From Candidatus Zhuqueibacterota bacterium (lineage in GTDB: Bacteria; Zhuqueibacterota; Zhuqueibacteria; Thermofontimicrobiales; Thermofontimicrobiaceae), in contig JBMOPW010000016.1 of assembly GCA_049322915.1 (NCBI GenBank), positions 7,971 to 71,970 on the forward strand: 64,000 nt of DNA, written 5' to 3'. Of the stretch, positions 28,089 through 38,341 are shown piece after piece. Below the pieces are notes generated by a model. The model was given only the letters and a program-made list of their open reading frames with translations. It was not told the DNA's origin and searched no databases. A program made the translations under genes and the position numbers. Numbering within the stretch: the first letter of the stretch is position 1; every line of letters begins with the position of its first letter.

Positions 28089-29474
28089 ATGGATAAAGAT
28101 CTCATTTGCAAAAATCATCCGTACCGAAAGGCGAGCAAGAAATGCTATTACTGTAAAGCGCCGATTTGTACCACGTGCCAGATTCTGAAATCGCGTCACT
28201 ATTTCTGCAGCAAACGACATTACAGGTTATTTATGATTCAGGAAATGAAAACGAAACTGCTGAAATTTTTAAAGAAGGTCGTTGAATTCGGCAAGGTCAC
28301 CTGGAAAAAACTGAAGGCGTTGCCTGTCAATTGGATCTATGTTCTGTTATCGTTTGGGCTGCTGGTGAGTATTATCTGGAATGTGGTCAATTTCAGCCAG
28401 TTGAAACGAATGCAGCGCGAATTGTTTGGCGAGCGGCGATACGGGCTGGCGTCGGATAGCGCCAGGACAGCGGAGGAACTGGCGCGCCATATCGACACGC
28501 TCACGGTCCATTCGCGCCCGGCCAATGCCATGGTCATTCAGAATCGATTCGACATCGAAGGCGAGTCGGAGAACAATCGCGTGGTGACCCTGTCGTTGAA
28601 CGGGGAATTGCTACAGGCGCTCCTGGTGAAGGATAGCAAATTTTCATTCAGGAATGTAGAGGCAAAACCCGGCGATAATACCTTTGTCGTCCGATCCATC
28701 AGCGAAGACGGCAGCGGCGTTGTTCTCGAAGAGATCAATGTCAATTACGCCATGCCCATTCCGTCGGCGCTGGCGAAAGATTTTTCCCGCGGAAGCATGG
28801 AGGAGAAGAAAATCGCCCTGACCTTTGATGGCGATTACGAGGATAATATCACCACGGAAATTCTGGACATTCTGAAGCAGGAGAATGTGCGGTGCACAAT
28901 TTTCGTGACTGGCCGTTATATCCGCCGCTACGGCGACATTGTGAAGCGCATGGGGGAAGACCATCACGTCATTGGGAATCATACCTGGACGCACCCGCAT
29001 TTAACCAGCTTTGAAAAAAATCGCCGGCACGATACCCTGCCCGGCATTTCAGAACAGTTGTTGCAACAGGAGCTACTGAAAACAGCGGAGTTGTATTATC
29101 AGGTCACCGGGAAGAGAATGGCGCCGTACTGGCGCGCGCCCTATGGCGAGCACAATGCGACCATCCGCTCGTGGGCTGCCGGGGTTGGCTTCCGGCAGAT
29201 TGGCTGGACCCTGGGCAAAAGCTGGGACGATGGCATGGATACACTGGACTGGGTGGCCGATACTTCGGCCTCTTACTATCACAGCGCGGATGAGATCGCC
29301 GAGAAGGTCCTTCATTTCGGGGAGGGCAAAAACACCGGGGCCAATGGCGCTGTGATTTTGATGCACCTGGGTTCGCAGCGAAACGGTGATTATCCCCATC
29401 TGAAACTTCCGCAGATCATTCAGGAAATGAAACGAAGGGGCTACACTTTTGTGACGGTCCCGGAGATGTTGTAA
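28089..29474 (+). CDS. Membrane-anchored polysaccharide deacetylase (NodB) with N-terminal B-box-like zinc finger
   Basis: CKNHP..CYYC..ICTTC..FCS; TM helix; Ig-like domain; IALTFDG, GNHTWTHP, RAPYG, VILMH. Confidence 0.88.
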   Translation: MDKDLICKNHPYRKASKKCYYCKAPICTTCQILKSRHYFCSKRHYRLFMIQEMKTKLLKFLKKVVEFGKVTWKKLKALPVNWIYVLLSFGLLVSIIWNVVNFSQLKRMQRELFGERRYGLASDSARTAEELARHIDTLTVHSRPANAMVIQNRFDIEGESENNRVVTLSLNGELLQALLVKDSKFSFRNVEAKPGDNTFVVRSISEDGSGVVLEEINVNYAMPIPSALAKDFSRGSMEEKKIALTFDGDYEDNITTEILDILKQENVRCTIFVTGRYIRRYGDIVKRMGEDHHVIGNHTWTHPHLTSFEKNRRHDTLPGISEQLLQQELLKTAELYYQVTGKRMAPYWRAPYGEHNATIRSWAAGVGFRQIGWTLGKSWDDGMDTLDWVADTSASYYHSADEIAEKVLHFGEGKNTGANGAVILMHLGSQRNGDYPHLKLPQIIQEMKRRGYTFVTVPEML

Positions 29475-29483
29475 CCGCGCTGT

Positions 29484-30524
29484 TCATTGCGCTGACTTTT
29501 CTTCCGCGGCCACAAACAACTGGCCGCACGCTGCCTGAATTTCGCTGCCCTTGCTGCGCCTCACAGAAATGACCACATTCATATCGAGAAATGGCTGGAT
29601 GAACGCATTGATCCTGTGTTCCGACGGCGGTTGAAACGGCCCATCCACTGCATTGTAGGGAATGAGATTGATTTTGCATCGCAATTCGCCGATCAGCTTT
29701 TTCAGCGACTGGGCATGGTCGCTGCTGTCGTTGACGCCGTTGATGAGGACATATTCGAACGTGATGCGATTGCGGGATTTGATGGCGTAATATTTGGCAG
29801 CATTCATCAATTCGTGGATCGGATATTTTTTATTGATGGGCATGAGACCGGAGCGGGTCACGTCGTCCGGCGCATTCAGGGAGATGGCCAGTTTGAACCG
29901 CTGCCCTTCGTCGGTGAACCGCTTGATTTGCGGGATGATGCCGGCGGTGGAAATGGTGATTTTCCGCTTGCCAATGGCAATCCCCTTGTCGTGCGAAATG
30001 AGTTCGCATGCGGCTATCACTTCGTCATAGTTGAGAAACGGCTCGCCCATTCCCATTATAACGACGTTGGTCGCCTCGGCGCCAACGATTCGGTGAATCG
30101 TCAGCAGTTGATCCACAATTTCGCCGGCCGAGAGATTCCTGATCAAGCCCATATTGCCGGTGGCGCAGAACGTACAGCCCAATGCGCAGCCCACCTGGGA
30201 CGAGAGGCACACAGTACGGCGTCGGCCTTCTTCCATGTAGACACTTTCCACATAACGACCATCCCTTAGTCTGAACAGGTATTTGATGGTGCTTTTGTCC
30301 GCAGCGATGCGCTGGTCGGCAACATCGATGTGGCCAATGTCCACCTGTTCGGACAATGCATTGCGCAGCGATTTCGAGAAGTTGGTCATCTGATCACAAG
30401 CCGTCACATTCCTCTTGTAAATCCAGTTGAAAAGTTGCGCAGCGCGATAGGCAGGCTGACCAATGGAGGTCATCAGGGTTTCCATTTGCTCGAGGGTCAT
30501 ACCGGTGATATTCACTTTTTCCAT
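29484..30524 (-). CDS. rlmN: 23S rRNA/tRNA m2A methyltransferase (radical SAM)
   Basis: CLSSQVGCALGCTFCATG, MGMGEP, FEYVLI, NLIPYN, AACGQL. Confidence 0.96.
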   Translation of the reverse strand: MEKVNITGMTLEQMETLMTSIGQPAYRAAQLFNWIYKRNVTACDQMTNFSKSLRNALSEQVDIGHIDVADQRIAADKSTIKYLFRLRDGRYVESVYMEEGRRRTVCLSSQVGCALGCTFCATGNMGLIRNLSAGEIVDQLLTIHRIVGAEATNVVIMGMGEPFLNYDEVIAACELISHDKGIAIGKRKITISTAGIIPQIKRFTDEGQRFKLAISLNAPDDVTRSGLMPINKKYPIHELMNAAKYYAIKSRNRITFEYVLINGVNDSSDHAQSLKKLIGELRCKINLIPYNAVDGPFQPPSEHRINAFIQPFLDMNVVISVRRSKGSEIQAACGQLFVAAEEKSAQ

Positions 30525-30787
30525 GGCGCGTAATTTACAAAAATGAAACCAGAGACACAAGAAAATTCATTGATTTTGGTTAAAAATCTGATTATTTTAA
30601 TCGTCGCTGAAACTAACTGGTATCCCTGACATATAACAGGGAGGCTGGTGATGCCGGTCCGCGCCAGACCGAAGATGGGAGTCAGAAAACACATGACCAT
30701 CGAAAGTCTGAACGCCAGCCGGAGTAGCCTGGCTGCATCCGGCGATCGTTCGGCCAGTGATGCCTGTTAATTATGAAAACAATTTTC

Positions 30788-31174
30788 GTTACTATTCAGC
30801 CTCAGACTCTCAACGGCGCAAAGAAAAAGAAATTGCCAAAATGATCGATTCTGAAAAGCTGAATGTGGTTTTAAAAATGAAATTGAATTTCACAGAATGC
30901 GAATGAGTCAGCGCTAAAAAGGGGCTAACGCCCAACAATCAAAAGTGAATTTCTGTTCCCCGAATTAAACGTCGGGGCTTTTCAAGGTGTCTGACTTTTA
31001 ACTTTTTCGATGAATTGCCACGTCATTTAAGACGTGGAAACGATATCATAACCAACGTATCAAAGCCGTTTAAGGCTTTTGGGAGTCGCCCCGGGAATGA
31101 AAATGAAATTGACATCTTCATATTACTTCGTGACCTGGGGACTTCGAGGCAAGAATACATGCCTGAATAGTAAC
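30788..31174. mobile_element. 387-bp MITE carrying REP-like palindromes
   Basis: Perfect 12-bp IR GTTACTATTCAG / CTGAATAGTAAC; 8-bp TSD CAATTTTC (30780-30787, 31175-31182). Confidence 0.88.
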
Positions 31175-31238
31175 CAATTTTCTGAATAAGCCCCGGCAAC
31201 TGTGGCGAACATGAACCGCTCTGCGTTTTGGAGGATGT

Positions 31239-32243
31239 ATGGTGGAGAACAAAGGAAACGAAACTGATCTTGCAATTGTGGCTCAATTGAATGAAGCGCA
31301 CGAAAAATTAGTGAATGAACTTGGCAAGGTGATCATCGGGCAGAGAAAGGTCATCGACGAATTGCTCATTGCGTTATTGTCGCGGGGCCATTGCCTGCTC
31401 ATTGGCGTGCCGGGTTTGGCAAAAACACTGCTCATCAGCACGCTGGCGCAGGCGCTGAATCTGAAATTCAGCCGCATCCAGTTTACCCCGGACCTGATGC
31501 CTTCGGATATCACCGGCATCGAACTAATCGAAGACGATATGACGACCGGGCGCAAATCGTTCAAATTTGTGAAAGGGCCGATCTTTGCCAGCATCATTCT
31601 GGCGGATGAAATTAACCGCACTCCGCCCAAGACGCAGGCTGCTCTGTTGCAGGCGATGCAGGAGCATGAAGTAACAGCGGCCGGAGAAACCTACGTTCTG
31701 GAAGAGCCATTTTTCGTACTGGCCACCCAAAATCCGATTGAGCAGGAGGGAACTTATCCGCTGCCGGAGGCGCAACTCGACCGTTTCATGTTCAACCTGT
31801 GGGTCAATTATCCATCTCCTGAAGAGGAGGCGCAAATCGTCAAATCCACGACCAGCGCCTATCGGCCCGAGGTGAAGATGGTTCTGCAGAAAGATGAAAT
31901 ATTGAAATTGCAGGCGTTGGTGCGTCGCGTGCCGGTCTCGGATTTTGTCATCAACTATGCCGTGAATCTGGTGAATCAGACTCGCTCCAACAATGAGCAA
32001 GCGCCGAAGTACATTCAGGACTGGATCAGTTGGGGCGCCGGCCCGCGGGCTTCCCAATACCTGATTCTCGGGGCAAAAACGCGCGCCATTCTGGATGGTC
32101 GTTCCACGCCGGATGTCGAAGATGTCCGGGCGCTGGCAGTGCCTGTGCTGCGGCATCGGCTGGTCACCAATTTCAACGCGGAGGCCGATGGGGTCGGCAC
32201 CGTGGATATCATCGAAAAATTACTGCGCGACGTGAAGGCGTAA
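31239..32243 (+). CDS. moxR: MoxR-family AAA+ ATPase
   Basis: [57 protein letters not shown]. Confidence 0.95.
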   Translation: MVENKGNETDLAIVAQLNEAHEKLVNELGKVIIGQRKVIDELLIALLSRGHCLLIGVPGLAKTLLISTLAQALNLKFSRIQFTPDLMPSDITGIELIEDDMTTGRKSFKFVKGPIFASIILADEINRTPPKTQAALLQAMQEHEVTAAGETYVLEEPFFVLATQNPIEQEGTYPLPEAQLDRFMFNLWVNYPSPEEEAQIVKSTTSAYRPEVKMVLQKDEILKLQALVRRVPVSDFVINYAVNLVNQTRSNNEQAPKYIQDWISWGAGPRASQYLILGAKTRAILDGRSTPDVEDVRALAVPVLRHRLVTNFNAEADGVGTVDIIEKLLRDVKA

Positions 32244-32246
32244 CCC

Positions 32247-33158
32247 ATGGCAGAGCAGGATAAAATCGATTACCGAAAATACCTCAAGCCAGAGGTGGTT
32301 TCCCGGCTGAAAAATATGAATCTCCGCGCGAGACTGGTTGTCGAAGGCTTCATCACCGGCCTGCACCGCAGCCCGTATCACGGCTTCAGTGTGGAGTTTT
32401 CCGAATACCGGCAATACATGCCCGGGGACGAAATCCGTCACATCGATTGGAAAGTCTATGGCAAGACCAATCGGTTTTACATCAAGCAGTTTGAAGAAGA
32501 AACGAACCTGAAATCCTACCTGCTCCTGGACAGCTCCGGCTCGATGGGCTACAGCTCCCACAACGTGAGCAAACTCAGCTATGCTTCGTATGTTGCCGCG
32601 GCGCTCACCTATTTGATGATCGAGCAGCGGGATGCTGTGGGCCTGGTGACATTTGCCGAGAAAATCAATACCTACCTGCCGCCACGATCCATCAAAAGCT
32701 ACCTGCCCCAGATTTTGCGCGAACTGGAGCATATTCAATGCAGCAATACCACCGATGTCAGCGCGACGCTGCATGAAATCGCCGAACGCATTCATCGACG
32801 GGGTTTGATCATCCTGCTGTCCGACCTGTTCGACGATCCGGATAAAGTCATCTCCGGGCTGAAGCATTTTCGGCACAAAGATCACGAGGTGATCGTTTTT
32901 CATATTCTGGACCCCATGGAGATCCACTTCGATTTCAAACAAAATGCGGTGTTCAAAGATCTGGAGACAAGGGAGGAGATGACAACTCAGCCGTGGCACA
33001 TCAAACAGGAGTATCGAAAGAAGGTGCAGCAATTCATCGAAAACTACAAGCGCCAGTGCCGGCTCAACCGCATCGATTATGTCCTGTTAGACACATCGTG
33101 GGATTTCGATCGCGCGCTGATGGAATATTTGATCAAACGCAAGCGCATCGGCGGATAG
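32247..33158 (+). CDS. DUF58 (vWA-like) MoxR partner
   Basis: GLHRSPYHGFSVEFSEYRQY.PGDEIRHIDWK, DSSGSM. Confidence 0.92.
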   Translation: MAEQDKIDYRKYLKPEVVSRLKNMNLRARLVVEGFITGLHRSPYHGFSVEFSEYRQYMPGDEIRHIDWKVYGKTNRFYIKQFEEETNLKSYLLLDSSGSMGYSSHNVSKLSYASYVAAALTYLMIEQRDAVGLVTFAEKINTYLPPRSIKSYLPQILRELEHIQCSNTTDVSATLHEIAERIHRRGLIILLSDLFDDPDKVISGLKHFRHKDHEVIVFHILDPMEIHFDFKQNAVFKDLETREEMTTQPWHIKQEYRKKVQQFIENYKRQCRLNRIDYVLLDTSWDFDRALMEYLIKRKRIGG

Positions 33159-33329
33159 GTTGAAGCCGGCCGTTGGTTCAGGCTACCGACGCGCCGGAGA
33201 ATCGCTGCTGCCGGAGTGAACTGAATCGGCCTGATAAACCGGGCTGCACATGAAATGTCCTGCATTGCACTGTTACATCCTTTCGGCGATAACCATTTTA
33301 AACGTAGCCACTATTGGTATGGTTGAAAT

Positions 33330-34895
33330 ATGAAAATTTTTCTTTTTTGGGTCATTGCCATCTCTCTCATTCTTGCCGTGTATTCCTGGATCATCTATCG
33401 CCGCTCACCAAAAGGGTTCAGATTTCAGGTGAAGCTGACCATCATCTTTTTTCTGCTGGTGCTCATTCCGGCGGTGCCATTGACCTATTTCGTCAGCGGT
33501 TTGCTCACCACCGGCGTCGAAATGCTGTTGCTCCCGGGGATTGAAAACTCGCTGTCGCAATCGCTGGAAGTGATTCGATTTCAGCTTGAAGAACGCGGAC
33601 ACAATTTTTTCAGAGCCAATCCGGCATTTCGTTCGTTGACCCGGGAATTTTTGACAATGCAAAGCATTGCCTACATCGCGGAACTGCCTGCGGACTCGTC
33701 GTTCCCGCCGGCAACAGTGCTTGGCCCTGGCGCGGAACTGATGAAAGGAAGCCCGCTACACAGAGCCGATATTCTCACCCTTGTCCGCCAGGGCGAAGTG
33801 ACCAGCAATCTGTTCACCGGCGAAACTGGAAATATTTGTGAGGTTTACCATGACCTGGGCGGGAACAACGTTGGCGTTGTGGCCTTTGCCGTCAGCGATC
33901 ATGTTCTCAGAGCGAAGGAGCAGATTTCCGAATCGCTGCGTATTTACAAATCGCTGTCGCTGATTAAAAAATCTGTGGTGGAAGCTCAAATCATCTGGGG
34001 ACTGGCCACTATTTTCATCATCATGTTGGCGTTGTCCGCAATCTACGCTGGCAAAATTCTATCGCGGGGAATCAGCGAGCCGATCAAAGAGCTGGTGGTT
34101 GGGATGCAGCGTGTGGCCAGCGGGGATTTGACCCGGCCGGTCGATGTGAAGGCGAAAGATGAACTGAAATTTTTAATCACCTCCTTCAATACAATGGCCA
34201 GGGACTTGCAGACGAGCCAGGAGAAATTGGTACAGGCGGAGCGGCTGGCAGCCTGGCAGGATGTGGCGCGCCGGGTGTCTCACGAAATCCGAAATGCGCT
34301 CACTCCGATTCAGTTGTCGTTGCACCGGCTGCAGACTCACTTGCAGGGCGAAGTTACGCAGCCGGTCGACTCGTCGATATCCGTCATTCAGGAAGAGGTG
34401 GAATCGCTGCGCCGGATTTCCGAAGAATTTTCGCAGTTTGCGCGCATGCCAAAAATTACCAGAGCGCCGGAAAATGTGAACGACATCGTCCGCAGCCTGG
34501 CCAATCTGATCGAGGCCGAACCGCATGCAATTTCACTGCGGTTGACTCTGGATGAAGCGGCGCCCGAGGTGAGCGTCGATCGCGATCAAATAAAACGCGC
34601 GCTGCACAATCTGGTGAAGAATAGCATCGACGCGAGCAGCATTGGCGGGGTGATTTTCATCGAGACAAAATCTGTGGCCGAAGAAAAATTTCGCGTGAAA
34701 ATCATCGTTCGGGATATGGGTAATGGTATACCGGCGGAAGATCTGGAAAAAATTTTCGAGCCTTATTTCACGACAAAGAAACGAGGGATGGGGCTTGGGC
34801 TTTCCATTGTGAAGCGCATCATCGAAGATCATGATGGGAAAATTGCCATTGAAAGCGCGTTGCATAAAGGAACCACCATCACCGTTCTGCTCTGA
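33330..34895 (+). CDS. HAMP sensor histidine kinase (NtrY-like)
   Basis: TM helices; HAMP; AWQDVARRVSHEIRNALTPI; FTTKKRGMGLGL. Confidence 0.92.
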   Translation: MKIFLFWVIAISLILAVYSWIIYRRSPKGFRFQVKLTIIFFLLVLIPAVPLTYFVSGLLTTGVEMLLLPGIENSLSQSLEVIRFQLEERGHNFFRANPAFRSLTREFLTMQSIAYIAELPADSSFPPATVLGPGAELMKGSPLHRADILTLVRQGEVTSNLFTGETGNICEVYHDLGGNNVGVVAFAVSDHVLRAKEQISESLRIYKSLSLIKKSVVEAQIIWGLATIFIIMLALSAIYAGKILSRGISEPIKELVVGMQRVASGDLTRPVDVKAKDELKFLITSFNTMARDLQTSQEKLVQAERLAAWQDVARRVSHEIRNALTPIQLSLHRLQTHLQGEVTQPVDSSISVIQEEVESLRRISEEFSQFARMPKITRAPENVNDIVRSLANLIEAEPHAISLRLTLDEAAPEVSVDRDQIKRALHNLVKNSIDASSIGGVIFIETKSVAEEKFRVKIIVRDMGNGIPAEDLEKIFEPYFTTKKRGMGLGLSIVKRIIEDHDGKIAIESALHKGTTITVLL

Positions 34896-35152
34896 CAGCC
34901 TTCACCGGAACGCCTGCCGTATTTCAGCGAGCGGGCGTCCCCGGCGTTGACATTGCGGGCTCGAATCCTGTCTTTGAAGCGTCGGGCATCCCGGAAATCC
35001 ATGGGCTGCATGTCCCTTCTGCAATTTCTGCTTCGAAACACAGCACCAGTTGTTCCTGCAAAAGAGATAGCTCACAAAGATATCCGACACTGTTGTTTCA
35101 CCGTGGAACACGTGGCCCCATCTGAGACAAAACCCGATTTTCCGCAGCGGAA

Positions 35153-36445
35153 TTACTTTTTCTCTCCGGAACCGGAATAATATTGGACTTCATCCAGAAA
35201 TGCTCCCTGACAGGTTCGGTTATTGAACGTCAGAAAATAGAGCAGATCCAGATTGCTGACCGCTGTGCCAGTCCACGTGGCCTTTTCCGCTTTTAATTCG
35301 TGATCGACAAAAATGTTGTAGAATTGATTCTGACAATCGAATAGCAGTTCGACGAAATACCACTTATTCGAATCGATCGGACAGACAGTATGCCAATTCA
35401 GGTCGTCGCCGTAGTAGGCGATTGTACCATCGCGCAGGGACACCTGCGGCCCAAGTCGTTCTTCGACGGCTATTTCCGAGTATATCCTGAGTCCAAAAAC
35501 GTCCGAACCGGTGGAGGCCCACCAGTAAAATTGCAGTTTGCCGGCGACTCGCGCATCGAGACGCGTCGCCAAAAAACTGTTGCCTGCCAGCGTGGAGTCG
35601 GTGAACAGAACGCTATTACCGGCGTTGTTCCAGGCGATGGAATCAGAAACTACAATTTCGCAGGCGTCGCTTTTTAAAACCTGCCACGAAGCATTATCTG
35701 GATAGCCGCCAGCCGGAGCCGCATCAAAATTATCGGCAAACAGAAGCACCGCAGCTTCGGTGGTGAACTGCCACACGGGTCCGGTCGTGGATAACCCGTA
35801 ATTGTCTTTGGCCTCGATTTTCCAGTAATAGGTCGTTTCGAATTCGAGCAAGCCGATCACATAAAATGTGTCCGGATGGTCAGCAGCCAATAGCTCCATC
35901 GAGTCCGCGGCCTTGCCAAAATAGACATCGTATGTCACGATGCTGTAATCGTTGGGATCGCCACCGCGCCAGTGGAGCGATACGTTTTCAATCGGCAGCG
36001 ACGGTTCGCCGGCAGTCGGAGCAGGATTGGCCGGCGTACGCGGAGCGGCATTATCGCCGAAGCGGGTCTGAAACGTCCAGATGGGGCCGGCCGTTATCCG
36101 GCCTTTGGTATCTTTCGCCGTCACCTGCCAGGAGTAATGGGTGTTGTATTCGAGTTGCGCGTAATGAAACGCGGTGGTATCAAGGTTCGAAGCGATGACG
36201 ACCGTCGCCAGCGTGTCTTTTTGCAGACTGATATCGAATGTCAGCCGGTCGTCTTCATCCGGATCTCCGCATGTCCATTGGAAAGAAATATCGATTATGA
36301 TATCGGTTGTATCATTCGGAGGGAAAATATTCTTCGGCACACCTGGTGGCTGATTGTCTAAATCTGACGGTAACGGCTGGTGGCAGCCGGCAATTCCGAT
36401 GATCCATAACAGAGAGACAAATTTGACCAGCTTTCCCATCTTCAC
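35153..36445 (-). CDS. Lipoprotein with tandem fibronectin-III-like repeats
   Basis: Lipobox IAGC; repeats W..GDP..TYDVY..YYWKI.AKD..GPVWQFTT. Confidence 0.78.
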   Translation of the reverse strand: MKMGKLVKFVSLLWIIGIAGCHQPLPSDLDNQPPGVPKNIFPPNDTTDIIIDISFQWTCGDPDEDDRLTFDISLQKDTLATVVIASNLDTTAFHYAQLEYNTHYSWQVTAKDTKGRITAGPIWTFQTRFGDNAAPRTPANPAPTAGEPSLPIENVSLHWRGGDPNDYSIVTYDVYFGKAADSMELLAADHPDTFYVIGLLEFETTYYWKIEAKDNYGLSTTGPVWQFTTEAAVLLFADNFDAAPAGGYPDNASWQVLKSDACEIVVSDSIAWNNAGNSVLFTDSTLAGNSFLATRLDARVAGKLQFYWWASTGSDVFGLRIYSEIAVEERLGPQVSLRDGTIAYYGDDLNWHTVCPIDSNKWYFVELLFDCQNQFYNIFVDHELKAEKATWTGTAVSNLDLLYFLTFNNRTCQGAFLDEVQYYSGSGEKK

Positions 36446-36597
36446 ACCTCATTCCTGAATTGTTGGGGACAGATTGAACATCAGTGACAGAGTCATTCAA
36501 GGGATTACACAACGGGCATGTTGTATGAACATGTGCGATTTATTTACAGAAATTAATTCTTAAAATCAAGTGAATAAAAACAGATTACTTTTTTTTA

Positions 36598-36637
36598 ATA
36601 AAAAAACCGGCCCTGGATAATATCCGTGGGCCGGTTT
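36598..36637 (-). terminator. Intrinsic terminator after the MinD-like gene
   Basis: AAACCGGCCC...GGGCCGGTTT stem next to an A-run (U-tract on the minus strand). Confidence 0.65.
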
Positions 36638-36685
36638 CGTTTGTGCGATTTGATGCTGTGAACATCAAAACGAGGGGAGAGAATT

Positions 36686-37870
36686 TTATAAAGTTTTCAA
36701 AAAGCCAATATATTTCATTTTACAAGGGTACCCGCCCCGCTGTCGGGTGCAGTTATTCCACAACGTGCACTTTTGCGAGCAGATCAACATCTCCTGATCG
36801 TACGCCACCGTTCGGCTGGTACGCACACCACTCTTTCGATTGATCAAAGTGTCAGCAGCGAACTGACGCTGCGAATGAATGGCAATGAACTGTTCTGCCA
36901 TACGTTTGTAGAATGAAGAAATTTGTTCAATTTTTTCAAGCGACAGATCGCCGGACGAAGAATTCTTGAGATCAGGATAGAAATTCACGCTGCCCCAATA
37001 TTTCAATTGAATGCCGAATATTTCTTCAATGGCCATCTGGAAAGCGGCCGCTTCAAGAAGCTCGGATTTGTTGTATACCTTGTTGAGCAAAAATCCCGGC
37101 CTGAAATTCTGGAGAAGCTGCCCGGGCTGATGGTTGCTTTTATTCAGCCCGTTAATCAACGATTTCAGCGTCTCGCTTGTCACGTCGTCAAATTTTTCGT
37201 AGGCCTGATTGATTAAATTGATCAAACTCGGTTGGCCAGAGACGATGGATTCCAGCTTTTTCAACAGACAGCATTTGAAAAAATTGAAAGCCTCCTGCAT
37301 GGACGTTGGCTCTGGATTTGTAATAATGATTCCTTCATCCGCCTGCAGAAAGAGAATGACATCGCTCAAGTTCAAACCGGTGCCCAGGTCCAACACAACG
37401 TAATCGGCCTTTAGTTTCCTGATGGAACGAATTATACGGGACACGATAATATGCGAACTCTCACTGATGCCAAGCGTGCCCGGTGAACCGAAAATCACCT
37501 TCAGGTTGGGCAGGTCTGTCTTGAACGCCAGTTGATTGATATCTGCCTCCGGATTGAGGATGAGTTCTTTCAGGCTGAACGTGGGATTGTACATATTGAA
37601 ATAGGTGTTCAAACTAGGGCTGCCGAAATTGGTGTCGATCAGAATGACCGACTTCTTCTGCCTGGAAATTTGGTAGCTCAGGTTTGCTGCAAAAAATGTT
37701 TTTCCGACACCGCCTTTGCCGCTGCCAACCGCGATAATCTTCGGCGTTGCTGTTAGCGGGGGGAGCGGTTCCACAGGCCTCTTGGAAACGTCGGGTATTG
37801 TACTTTCAATGGGTATCTCAGCAGAAATGAAATGGCTCAGACTGCTCATAATAGCGCCCCTATCCCTCAT
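36686..37870 (-). CDS. MinD/FlhG(FleN)-like P-loop ATPase with Cys-rich tail (start may be 37849)
   Basis: GSGKGGVGKT deviant Walker A; VVLDLGTG; PEPTS; C-terminal CSQKCTLWNNC...YPC. Confidence 0.85.
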   Translation of the reverse strand: MRDRGAIMSSLSHFISAEIPIESTIPDVSKRPVEPLPPLTATPKIIAVGSGKGGVGKTFFAANLSYQISRQKKSVILIDTNFGSPSLNTYFNMYNPTFSLKELILNPEADINQLAFKTDLPNLKVIFGSPGTLGISESSHIIVSRIIRSIRKLKADYVVLDLGTGLNLSDVILFLQADEGIIITNPEPTSMQEAFNFFKCCLLKKLESIVSGQPSLINLINQAYEKFDDVTSETLKSLINGLNKSNHQPGQLLQNFRPGFLLNKVYNKSELLEAAAFQMAIEEIFGIQLKYWGSVNFYPDLKNSSSGDLSLEKIEQISSFYKRMAEQFIAIHSQRQFAADTLINRKSGVRTSRTVAYDQEMLICSQKCTLWNNCTRQRGGYPCKMKYIGFLKTL

Positions 37871-37936
37871 GAATTTCTATGAAATGGTAAGATGTTGTCT
37901 GGTGAAGGTCATGGAGGAAAAACTGAAACACAAACG

Positions 37937-37951
37937 GCAAAATTTACGCCA
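37937..37951 (-). promoter_or_regulatory. sigma54 (-24/-12) promoter
   Basis: Minus strand TGGCGTAAATTTTGC = GG-N10-GC; palindromic TTGTC-N8-GACAA about 90 nt further upstream is a candidate enhancer. Confidence 0.7.
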
Positions 37952-38341
37952 AAAAATATTAATTAAATGACATTTGTGGATTTTGAAGTTTATTAATATG
38001 TTACAATCGTCAGGCCAATTGTTGCGCCGGGATAACATTGTCTCAAAGTGGACAATTACAAATCATAGAATGCATTTTCAAAAAGTTAGGCTGCACTGAA
38101 TCACGCCATGATACCATTAATTGACTTGCTAATCGCGTGGAAAGTGCGTATATTCAAAAAAATTTTTAAAACATTTTTGTGACATGTCAAAAATTTGATT
38201 TGTCGTCTGTTACCCTTCTGAAAATTGCTTCGGGATTCTCGAAGACAGCGACAGGTCGATTCATTCGAGTCAGGCAGTGAGTCGCGGAACTCATGAATTC
38301 ACATCCAGGCGATGGAATCGCATTACAAAATAGAGGTATCC

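Noticed and set aside
30600..30775. Possible structured ncRNA upstream of rlmN (similar candidates at 39950-40080 and 57200-57360)
   Set aside because: Some hairpins, but no family-defining motif I can recognise; needs an Rfam scan.
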